Shown: positions 17,062 to 24,622, numbered from the stretch's first letter. The stretch: 32,000 nucleotides of DNA from Dickeya solani IPO 2222 (GCF_001644705.1 NZ_CP015137.1:2310001-2342000), one strand, 5' to 3'. Numbers and translations are program-made. The notes: generated by a model from the sequence alone, not told the origin.

Positions 17062-18618
17062 TTACTTGAACTCAGCCTGATCGAAGATCAGCGAACCGTC
17101 AGCCAGCATGTAAACGCCGGACAGATTTTTCACTTTGCCTACCAGGTTGTCCGGCACGCCCAGGAACACCACCGGCGCGTCTTTCCAGATCAACTTCTGG
17201 GCATCGGCGTAAGCAGCGGCGCGTTTGTCGTTATCCGCGGTCGCCAGGCCGGCCATGATGGCTTTATCCACATCCGGGTTGCTGTAGTAAGAGACGTTGT
17301 AGGCTTTCGGTACCCAGGACTCGGTGGCGAACAGTGGACGCAGCGCCCAGTCGGCGTCGCCGGTGGACGGCGACCAGCCGCCGTAGTACAGGTCAAACTC
17401 AGCCTGTTTCGGGTCTTTCACGCCCCACAATTTTTCGTTGCGCGCGCCGGAATCCATCGGGGTTACGGTCGCCTTGATGCCGACCTGCTCCAGTTGCTGT
17501 TTGAAGAACTGCGCACTGCGCACCGCGGCGGTGGTGTTGGTGGTCCACAGTTTCAGTTCCAGCCCGTTCTCGTAGCCGGCTTCTTTCAACAGTTCTTTGG
17601 CCTTGGCCGGGCTGTAGGTGTAGTTCGGTTCGCTCTGGCTGGCGAAGAACTGTACGCGCGGCGCCATCGCAGACGCGGCAGGCAGGCCCATGCCGGCAAA
17701 ACCGACTTTCAACCAGATGGTACGGTTGATGGCGTAGTTCAGCGCCTGGCGTACACGCACGTCGTTCAGTGGCGCATGCTGGGTGTTGATCGCCATATAG
17801 TACAGATAGATGCTGGGGTCGCGTTGGATCGCCAGCTTGGTGTCATCTTCAATGGTTTTTACCAGATCGGACGGCAGCGGGTAGATGGCGTCGGACTGGC
17901 CGGATTTCAGCGCGGCGACGCGGGTAGCGTCTTCCGGCGACGGGTAGAAGGTCACGCTGTCGACTTTCGGCCAGCCTTTCTGCCAGTAGTTGTCATATTT
18001 CACCAGCTTGACGTCTTTGCCCTGCTGCCATTCGGAGAACTTGAACGGGCCGGTGCCGACCGGGTGCACGCGCAGTTGGGTTTCGTCCGGGTACTGTTTC
18101 AGCGCCGCCGGGCTGTGCATGACCGCCGACGGATGGGCCAGCGTGTTGACGAAGGCGCCGAAGGATTTGTTCAGCTCGATTTTTACTTGCGTCGGCGACA
18201 GTACCGTCACGGTTTTGATCATGTTGAACAGGCTGTTGCGTTTGAGCCCTTTGGTCTGATCGGCCAGACGGTCAAGGTTGGCTTTCACCGCATCGGCGTT
18301 GAACGGCGTGCCGTCCTGGAAGGTGACGCCTTCGCGCAGGGTGATGGTGAATTCGGTGGCGTCGGCGTTGCCGGTATAGCCGGTAGCCAGCCGCGGCACC
18401 AGTTTCATCTGGTTGTCGAACTGGAACAAACGCTCGAAGATCCCGCTCTGGATGGAGTAGCTCAGGGTGTCTGAGGTGTCGTGCGGGTCCAGCCCGGTGA
18501 TATCGGCATACATGGAAATACGCAGATCCTGCGCCTGAGCCGCAGCGGCCAGACACAATGACAGCCCAAGAGCGACGGCGGAACGACGTGAAGTTACTGT
18601 GGATAGTAACGATTTCAT
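17062..18618 (-). CDS. ABC transporter periplasmic peptide-binding protein (GsiB-like, SBP family 5), 518 aa
   Basis: Sec signal peptide MKSLLSTVTSRRSAVALGLSLCLAAAAQA. SBP_bac_5-like body. Strong SD AGGAG (complement of 18624-18628). Confidence 0.9.
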   Translation of the reverse strand: MKSLLSTVTSRRSAVALGLSLCLAAAAQAQDLRISMYADITGLDPHDTSDTLSYSIQSGIFERLFQFDNQMKLVPRLATGYTGNADATEFTITLREGVTFQDGTPFNADAVKANLDRLADQTKGLKRNSLFNMIKTVTVLSPTQVKIELNKSFGAFVNTLAHPSAVMHSPAALKQYPDETQLRVHPVGTGPFKFSEWQQGKDVKLVKYDNYWQKGWPKVDSVTFYPSPEDATRVAALKSGQSDAIYPLPSDLVKTIEDDTKLAIQRDPSIYLYYMAINTQHAPLNDVRVRQALNYAINRTIWLKVGFAGMGLPAASAMAPRVQFFASQSEPNYTYSPAKAKELLKEAGYENGLELKLWTTNTTAAVRSAQFFKQQLEQVGIKATVTPMDSGARNEKLWGVKDPKQAEFDLYYGGWSPSTGDADWALRPLFATESWVPKAYNVSYYSNPDVDKAIMAGLATADNDKRAAAYADAQKLIWKDAPVVFLGVPDNLVGKVKNLSGVYMLADGSLIFDQAEFK

Positions 18619-18634
18619 GGTGTCTCCTGTAAAT

Positions 18635-18660
18635 GGTGTGTGTTGCTGGTTGTGTTGCTG
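18635..18660 (-). promoter_or_regulatory. C/A-rich element in the 5-prime leader of the binding-protein gene (mRNA sense CAGCAACACAACCAGCAACACACACC)
   Basis: Read directly, with an internal near-duplication of a 11-12 nt unit. It lies just upstream of the SD. It resembles the C/A-rich targets of the G/U-rich R1 region of GcvB sRNA on peptide-transporter mRNAs. Confidence 0.3.
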
Positions 18661-18769
18661 CTTTCGATTATTGTTTGTTTTTATTACTGTTTAATTTTCC
18701 CGCTATCAGTACATTGCTGATGCGGTGATAACCCACAGACAGTGGGGTGTCCCTGGTGTTGGACGATAC

Positions 18770-18857
18770 TATTGTTCACTACTGACTATTGTTCACTACT
18801 GACTATTGTTCACTACTGACTACTGTTCACTACTGACTACGGTTTACTGCTACTGAC
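18770..18857. repeat. Tandem repeat array, 4 x 17 bp (TATTGTTCACTACTGAC) plus a degenerate 20-bp fifth copy that runs into the 3-prime end of the ATPase gene
   Basis: Read directly. Units are at 18770, 18787, 18804 and 18821 (one change), with a degenerate copy at 18838-18857. The stop codon of the upstream ATPase gene (18837-18839) and its last codons (SVSSSKP) lie in the degenerate copy. Confidence 0.9.
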
Positions 18858-20735
18858 GGACGGCTCAAGTCCGGCCTCGCTCACCCAATGGTGCGGGGCG
18901 ACTTCGCGGTAGCGGGCTTTTTCCACCACCTCGTTCGCCTTGCGCAGCGGCGAGGGGATTTCGCTGTCGTCCAGCTCGCGTGCATAGCGGCGGCTGGGGT
19001 CGGCAATCGGCACCGAGGCCAGCAGGCGTTGGGTATACGGATGCTGCGGGTTGTTGAATACCGACTGACGCGGGCCGATTTCCACGATCTGACCGAGGTA
19101 CATCACCGCTACGCGGTTGGCGATGCGTTCCACCACCGCCATATCGTGGGAGATGAAAATCCACGACACGCCGGTTTTCTGCTGTAAATCCATCATCAGG
19201 TTGACCACCTGCGCCTGAATCGACACGTCCAGCGCCGACACCGCCTCGTCGGCGATGATGACTTGCGGTTGCAGCGCCATGGCACGGGCGATGGCGATAC
19301 GCTGGCGCTGGCCGCCGGAGAACTCGTGCGGGTAGCGTTGGGCGTGTTCCGGTTGCAGGCCGACGCTTTTCAGCAGCGCCTGTACCTGCGGCGTGGCGTC
19401 TTCCAGCGATTTCACCAGCCCGTGCAGCAGCAGCGGTTCGGCGATGGTGAAACCGACGGTCAGGCGTGGGTTGAGCGACGCGTACGGGTCCTGAAACACC
19501 ATCTGCATTTTGCGGCGCAGCGGCTGGAAGTCGCGGTCGCGCAGACTGGCGATTTCCTGCCCGTCGAACAGCAGGCTGTCGGTCTGGCTTTCCACCAGAC
19601 GCAGCAGTGCCCGCCCGGTGGTGGATTTGCCGCAGCCGGATTCGCCGACAATCGCCAGCGTTTCGCCCGGCCACACGGCGAAATCGATCTGTTCCACCGC
19701 ATGTACCCGGTGGGTAACGGAGGAGAGAATGCCGCTGCGTATCGGGTAATAGACTTTCAGGCCGCGGATGTCGAGCAGCGGCGGCGCGTCATAACGCGCG
19801 GTGGTATGGTCTTGTTCGGGCGCGGCGTTTTGCTGCCCCAGCAGCGGGAAGCGTTTAGGCCAGGCGCTGTCGCGCATGTCGCCCAAGCGCGGTACCGCCG
19901 CCAGCAGCGCTTTGGTGTAGTCGTGCTGCGGGCGGTTGAAAATGGCGTCCACAGTCCCGTGTTCCACCACCTCGCCGCGGTACATCACCACTACGCGGTC
20001 GGCGATTTCCGCCACCACGCCCATGTCGTGGGTGATGAATAACACCGACATGTTGCTCTGGCGCTGCAGGTCGCGCAGGATTTGCAGGATGCGCGCCTGC
20101 ACGGTTACATCCAGCGCGGTGGTGGGTTCGTCGGCGATCAGCAACTGTGGGTCGCACGCCAGCGCCTGAGCGATCATCACCCGCTGGCGCATGCCGCCGG
20201 ACAGCGAGTGCGGGTAGCTGTTCATCACCCGGTCGATGTCGGCGATGCGCACCTTACGCAGCAGCTCGCGCGCCTTGCGGTCAGCGCTGGCGGCGTCGCA
20301 CATCTGGTGGTCCAGCAACGCTTCGGTGAGCTGGTCGCCTACTTTCAGCACTGGGTTGAGCGAGGTCATCGGCTCCTGAAAGATCATCGCCATATCGCGG
20401 CCGCGCAGCCGACGGCGGGCGTCGTCCTTCATGGTCAGCAGATCGTGGCGGCGGCCGGCGTTATCGATAAAACGGATGCCGCCGCGTTCAATGCGGGCGG
20501 ACGCGGCCAGCAGCCCCATCACCGTCAGAGAGGTGACCGACTTGCCGGAACCACTCTCGCCGACCACGGCCACCACTTCCCCTTTATTGAGGCTGAAAGA
20601 GACGCCCTTGAGCGCCTGATGGGTGCCGGAGCGGCCGCTGAAGCTAACGCTCAGGTCATCGATCTCCAGCACCGGTTGCGGCACCGGGTCGGACGCGATC
20701 GCAGCAGGGATTGCGGTTGAGGTGGTATCCGTCAT
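18837..20735 (-). CDS. Fused double-ATPase ABC transporter protein (GsiA-like), about 632 aa
   Basis: Two complete NBDs: Walker A GESGSGKS and GESGCGKS; signatures LSGGMRQRV and FSGGQRQRI; Walker [13 protein letters not shown] and VIIADEAVSALD. ATG at 20735 is preceded by GGAG (5-nt spacer). The track start (GTG at 20759) overlaps the epimerase stop and remains possible. Confidence 0.9.
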   Translation of the reverse strand: MTDTTSTAIPAAIASDPVPQPVLEIDDLSVSFSGRSGTHQALKGVSFSLNKGEVVAVVGESGSGKSVTSLTVMGLLAASARIERGGIRFIDNAGRRHDLLTMKDDARRRLRGRDMAMIFQEPMTSLNPVLKVGDQLTEALLDHQMCDAASADRKARELLRKVRIADIDRVMNSYPHSLSGGMRQRVMIAQALACDPQLLIADEPTTALDVTVQARILQILRDLQRQSNMSVLFITHDMGVVAEIADRVVVMYRGEVVEHGTVDAIFNRPQHDYTKALLAAVPRLGDMRDSAWPKRFPLLGQQNAAPEQDHTTARYDAPPLLDIRGLKVYYPIRSGILSSVTHRVHAVEQIDFAVWPGETLAIVGESGCGKSTTGRALLRLVESQTDSLLFDGQEIASLRDRDFQPLRRKMQMVFQDPYASLNPRLTVGFTIAEPLLLHGLVKSLEDATPQVQALLKSVGLQPEHAQRYPHEFSGGQRQRIAIARAMALQPQVIIADEAVSALDVSIQAQVVNLMMDLQQKTGVSWIFISHDMAVVERIANRVAVMYLGQIVEIGPRQSVFNNPQHPYTQRLLASVPIADPSRRYARELDDSEIPSPLRKANEVVEKARYREVAPHHWVSEAGLEPSVSSSKP

Positions 20736-20755
20736 CGTCACTCCGGTAGGTTCTG

Positions 20756-21721
20756 TCACAGCCAGATGCGGCCGAGGTTATACGTCAGGTACGGCGAGCT
20801 GTCCGCCGCCAGCCAGATCGGGCCGTCCAGATCCACGTGTTCGGCGGCCAGCGCCGCCGGCATGGCGGCTTCCATCGCCAGCGAGGAGCCGAGCATGCAG
20901 CCCACCATGATGCGCATGTCGTACTGGCGCGCTTCGGCTACCATCGCCAGCGCTTCGGTCAGCCCGCCGCACTTGTCCAGTTTGATGTTGATCATCTCGT
21001 AGCGGTCACGCAGAGCGGCAATGTCGCCACGGTGGTGGCAGCTTTCGTCGGCGCACACCGGAATGGCGTGTTTAAACGTCGCCAGCTCGCTGTCCTGCCC
21101 GGCGGGCAACGGTTGTTCCACCATCGCGATGCGATGCGCGGCCAACTGGCGCAACAGCGGCTCCAGTTCCAGCCCGCTCCAGGCTTCGTTGGCGTCCACA
21201 ATCAGCGTCACGTTGGGCGCGGACTGGCGAATCGCCGCCACCTTTTCCAGAATCTGTTCCCGGTCGAGTTTGATTTTCAGCAGTAGCGCACCGCGGGAGA
21301 CCGCGTCTCTGGCGGCGTTCGCCATGTTTTCCACACTGTCGAGACTCAGGGTTTCAGCGGTGACGATCGACTGCGGCGGTGCGATGGCGAGGTGCTGCCA
21401 CAGCGTCTGTCTGGCAAGCGCGGCGTTCAGCCGCCATAAGGCGCAGTCCAGCGCGTTGCGGGCGGAACCCGGCGGCAGCAACTGCTGCAGTTCTTCCAGA
21501 CCGATGTCGTTTTCCACCGCCTGACGCACGGTTTCCAACTGGTGGGTCACGCTGTCGGCGGTTTCCTGATAGTGGACGGTGGGGGTGCATTCCCCCCGGC
21601 CGATAAAGCCGCGCTCTTCCAGCGTCACGCGCACCACCGTGACCGCGGTGCGGGTGCCGCGGGAAATGGCGAAAGGCCGGGCCAGCGGCAGTTCCACGGT
21701 TTCGATTTGCATCTGTCGCAT
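20756..21721 (-). CDS. Enolase-superfamily dipeptide epimerase (L-Ala-D/L-Glu epimerase YcjG-like), 321 aa
   Basis: Same length as E. coli YcjG, with many recalled identical blocks: ARNALDCALW, LLKIKLD, TLIVDANEAW, MVEQPLPA, CADESCH, YEMINIKLDKCGGLTEALA and DLDGPIWLA. Confidence 0.85.
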   Translation of the reverse strand: MRQMQIETVELPLARPFAISRGTRTAVTVVRVTLEERGFIGRGECTPTVHYQETADSVTHQLETVRQAVENDIGLEELQQLLPPGSARNALDCALWRLNAALARQTLWQHLAIAPPQSIVTAETLSLDSVENMANAARDAVSRGALLLKIKLDREQILEKVAAIRQSAPNVTLIVDANEAWSGLELEPLLRQLAAHRIAMVEQPLPAGQDSELATFKHAIPVCADESCHHRGDIAALRDRYEMINIKLDKCGGLTEALAMVAEARQYDMRIMVGCMLGSSLAMEAAMPAALAAEHVDLDGPIWLAADSSPYLTYNLGRIWL

Positions 21722-21725
21722 GGGC

Positions 21726-22733
21726 TTACCCCTGGGTTTTCAGCAGCGTTGCAATGTCATCAATACCGAAACGGATCGGGTCGGTGGCGGGCACGCCGAA
21801 ACGTTCGCTCAGTTCGCGGCAGTAATCGCGCGCTGCCTGTTCGCCATAGTTGGAGGTATTGATGGCGAAACCGGCCAACTGTACATCCGGGTTGGTGACG
21901 CGCGCAGCGCGCAGGTTGGCGTCCACGCAGTCGCCCAGTTCCACCATCGGTTGATGGGGCAGGTGACGCATGTGCGGGCGGCCCATTTCGTGGCACATCA
22001 CCAGCCAGTGCGGTTGTGCGCCGTGGATAAGACCGGTAGTCACCCCAGCGTAGGACGGATGAAACAGCGAACCCTGACCTTCGACGATATCCCAGTGGTC
22101 GTCGTCGTTGGCCGGAGACAGTGCTTCCGCCGCGCCGGCGATGAAGTCGGCGATCACCGCGTCAATGGCGATACCGTCGCCGGCGACCAGCACCCCGGTC
22201 TGTCCGGTGGCGCGGAAGTCGGCTTTCAGACCCTGCGCGCGCATGGCGGATTCCAGCGCCAGCGAGGTGTACATCTTACCGACCGAACAGTCGGTGCCGA
22301 CGGTCAGCACGCGTTTACCGCTGCGTTTTTTGCCGCTGCCGACGGTCAGTTCCGGGCGCATATGTCGAATATCGAACAGTTGTACCTGATGCTGTTCCGC
22401 CAGCTCCTGCAAACCGGGGACGTCGATCAGGCGCTGATGCAGGCCGTTGGCGACGTTCATGCCGGCTTCGATCGCGGCGCGCACGGTATCCAGCCAGTGC
22501 GGCGGCAGGAAACCGCCGGCGTTGGCGGTACCCAGTACCAGCGTTTTGGCGCCGCGCGCCACGGCGGACGGAATATCCAGATCATCGAGCCCCAGCGACA
22601 CCGTGCTGCCCGGCAGGCGCAGCTGTCCTACGCACTGTTCGGGGCGCCAGGTGTGAATGCCGCGCGCCGTTTTCACCGCCAGCGGGTCGGTCACGTCGCC
22701 AAGAAAAAGCAGGTAAGGTTGTGGAATCAGCAT
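21726..22733 (-). CDS. DUF1611-family protein (DgcN-like putative N-acetyltransferase), 335 aa
   Basis: Family-typical blocks: PYLLFLGD, the P-loop-like VGTDCSVGKMYTSL and EGQGSLFHPSYAG. First gene of the minus-strand operon, 4 nt upstream of the epimerase gene. Confidence 0.75.
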   Translation of the reverse strand: MLIPQPYLLFLGDVTDPLAVKTARGIHTWRPEQCVGQLRLPGSTVSLGLDDLDIPSAVARGAKTLVLGTANAGGFLPPHWLDTVRAAIEAGMNVANGLHQRLIDVPGLQELAEQHQVQLFDIRHMRPELTVGSGKKRSGKRVLTVGTDCSVGKMYTSLALESAMRAQGLKADFRATGQTGVLVAGDGIAIDAVIADFIAGAAEALSPANDDDHWDIVEGQGSLFHPSYAGVTTGLIHGAQPHWLVMCHEMGRPHMRHLPHQPMVELGDCVDANLRAARVTNPDVQLAGFAINTSNYGEQAARDYCRELSERFGVPATDPIRFGIDDIATLLKTQG

Positions 22734-22745
22734 GATGTCTTATCC

Positions 22746-22767
22746 GTGGTTGCATAGTGGTTGCATA
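22746..22767. repeat. Perfect tandem duplication 2 x 11 bp (GTGGTTGCATA) in the 5-prime leader of the DUF1611 gene
   Basis: Read directly, 13 bp from the start codon at 22733. mRNA sense is UAUGCAACCAC x2. Confidence 0.85.
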
Positions 22768-22832
22768 AAAAGAGATATCTAAGACTATTCCACGATGCTT
22801 TTTTTCTGACGAATGCTTGTTTATAGGTAGGG

Positions 22833-22849
22833 TATAACCTGAGGTTATA
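22833..22849. promoter_or_regulatory. Perfect 17-bp palindrome TATAACC-TGA-GGTTATA upstream of the locus B operon (candidate operator with an ATA-N9-TAT, LTTR-box-like core)
   Basis: Read directly, about 100-115 bp upstream of the DUF1611 start, inside the AT-rich intergenic region 22734-22984. Confidence 0.4.
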
Positions 22850-22984
22850 GAGCTGATTTTATTTAATTTATTGTTATTTAAGGATTACTGTTTCCAAATG
22901 CCCGCGGGGTATAGCGTCGGGTTATGCTGAAACAGGCAGATCAAAATCTTTTGTATTGATGAAAAATACGCGCGGCGATCGTGT

Positions 22985-23317
22985 TTAACCGTTGATGAAA
23001 CCCACCAGCAAGCTTGACGCGGTCACCATGACCGTTAACACCAGCAGCCGCAGCATCCACATCGATTGTCGGGTACAGGGGTAGCCGCTGCGCAATAGGG
23101 CGCGCAACCGCAGACGCGACCAGATATAGGTAATCAGCGTCATCAGCAGCAGAAACAGCCCGGCGGCCAGCATCAGCGGCTGGCTTTTCATCGTTCCGGC
23201 TTTCAACAGCAACACGCTGTTGACCAGCAGCACAAACGCGGTCCGCGACCAGGCAAGCCGCGTGCGTTCCGGCTGCAAGCCCGGATCGCGCGGTGGGTTA
23301 TCGGCAGAGGGAATCAT
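22985..23317 (-). CDS. yidG: DUF202 inner-membrane protein YidG-like (110 aa)
   Basis: The DPGLQPERTRLAWSRT motif is shared with E. coli YidG. Three hydrophobic helices follow. Confidence 0.75.
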   Translation of the reverse strand: MIPSADNPPRDPGLQPERTRLAWSRTAFVLLVNSVLLLKAGTMKSQPLMLAAGLFLLLMTLITYIWSRLRLRALLRSGYPCTRQSMWMLRLLVLTVMVTASSLLVGFING

Positions 23318-23323
23318 GGCGGC

Positions 23324-23710
23324 CTACAGCAGCAGGATAACCAAAGCCAGCGCAACGGAAATGGCGCTCACGCAACTGGCGATGATAATCAGCAGGCGGG
23401 TATAAGGCAGCGCTTGCCCGGTGCGCATCGCCTGCTCGTTGTCGGCCCAGCGCCGATAAGCCATCCACGCCAGCAGCGCCGCCGCCAGCGACAGAAACAC
23501 CGCAATGCCGCCCCAGACGGCGGGCGGCGCCAGCGTGGGCGCAAACTGGTCAATGGCGACCGCGCCTGCCAGAAACGCCAGCGCGGTGCGAATCCACGCC
23601 AGAAACGTGCGCTCGTTGGCCAGCGAAAAGCGGTAATCCGGCGTCGAACCCTGCTGCTGCCACGGGGTTTTCTTGTTGGACGACGTCGGTGAAGAAGCTG
23701 GGTCACTCAT
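23324..23710 (-). CDS. yidH: DUF202 inner-membrane protein YidH-like (about 128 aa)
   Basis: PDYRFSLANERTFLAWIRTALAFLAGAVAIDQF closely matches E. coli YidH. The start is at ATG 23710 (or 23716). The track ORF to 23926 runs across the rph promoter and start and is not credible. Confidence 0.8.
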   Translation of the reverse strand: MSDPASSPTSSNKKTPWQQQGSTPDYRFSLANERTFLAWIRTALAFLAGAVAIDQFAPTLAPPAVWGGIAVFLSLAAALLAWMAYRRWADNEQAMRTGQALPYTRLLIIIASCVSAISVALALVILLL

Positions 23711-23831
23711 GGGCATCAACGGCCTGCGGATGGACAATGCCCGCATTCTACATGGCTGGGCGGCGGCTCTCCAGTCAGCGAATCGGGCGACAGCGGAAAA
23801 AAATTGATGAAATTTTAATCCCGCCTGGCGG

Positions 23832-23860
23832 TAGGCAGGACAAGGGGAAGACCGTATAAT
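23832..23860 (+). promoter_or_regulatory. Candidate sigma-70 promoter for rph-pyrE (TAGGCA-N17-TATAAT)
   Basis: Perfect -10 hexamer at 23855-23860. The -35 at 23832-23837 is a 4/6 match with 17-bp spacing. It lies 37 bp upstream of the rph ATG. Confidence 0.45.
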
Positions 23861-23896
23861 GCGCGCCAGTTTAATGAACCTGCCCGGAGACGAGCC

Positions 23897-24613
23897 ATGC
23901 GCCCAACAGGCCGAAATGCCCAGCAAATCCGCCCTCTCACATTAACCCGTCGCTACACCAAGCATGCCGAAGGATCGGTGCTGGTGGAGTTCGGCGATAC
24001 CAAAGTGCTGTGCAACGCCACGGTGGAAGACGGGGTGCCGCGTTTCCTGAAAGGTCAGGGACAAGGCTGGATTACCGCCGAATACGGTATGTTGCCGCGT
24101 TCCACCCACAGCCGTAATGCCCGCGAAGCGGCAAAAGGCAAACAGGGTGGCCGCACGCTGGAAATTCAGCGTCTGATTGCCCGTTCGCTGCGCGCTGCGG
24201 TCGATCTGAAGAAACTGGGTGAATACACCATTACGCTGGATTGCGATGTACTGCAGGCCGATGGCGGCACCCGCACCGCGTCCATCACCGGCGCTTGTGT
24301 GGCATTGGCCGACGCGCTCAACGGCATGGTCGCCAGCGGCAAGCTGAAAACCAGCCCGCTGAAAGGCATGGTGGCGGCAGTATCAGTCGGGATTGTCAAC
24401 GGCGAAGCGGTGTGCGACCTGGAATACGTGGAAGACTCCGCGGCGGAAACCGACATGAACGTGGTGATGACCGAAGATGGTCGTATGATCGAGGTGCAGG
24501 GCACCGCAGAGGGCGAGCCGTTCAGCCACGACGAGTTGCTGTCGTTGTTGGCGCTGGCGCGTCAGGGCATCGAAGACATTGTCCGAGCGCAGAAGGCCGC
24601 ACTGGCCGATTAA
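23897..24613 (+). CDS. rph: Ribonuclease PH (238 aa, intact)
   Basis: [39 protein letters not shown]... Full-length, without the K-12 frameshift. Confidence 0.97.
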   Translation: MRPTGRNAQQIRPLTLTRRYTKHAEGSVLVEFGDTKVLCNATVEDGVPRFLKGQGQGWITAEYGMLPRSTHSRNAREAAKGKQGGRTLEIQRLIARSLRAAVDLKKLGEYTITLDCDVLQADGGTRTASITGACVALADALNGMVASGKLKTSPLKGMVAAVSVGIVNGEAVCDLEYVEDSAAETDMNVVMTEDGRMIEVQGTAEGEPFSHDELLSLLALARQGIEDIVRAQKAALAD

Positions 24614-24622
24614 ATTTTTTAA

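Noticed and set aside
15180-18474. Plus-strand ORFs (290 aa, 154 aa, 326 aa and others) opposite the locus B permease and binding-protein genes
   Set aside because: These are shadow ORFs in high-G+C DNA. The minus-strand frames match the Gsi/Dpp families.
19263-22757. Plus-strand ORFs (259 aa, 212 aa, 149 aa, 167 aa, 392 aa) opposite the ATPase, epimerase and DUF1611 genes
   Set aside because: These are shadow ORFs with no motifs. The opposite frames are strongly homologous to known families.
1429-23896. Mobile-element boundaries (integrase, transposase, tRNA, long inverted or direct repeats) for the 22-kb insert
   Set aside because: None was found on either strand by inspecting the ORF translations and the edges. 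The insert is therefore not called a genomic island in the mobile sense.
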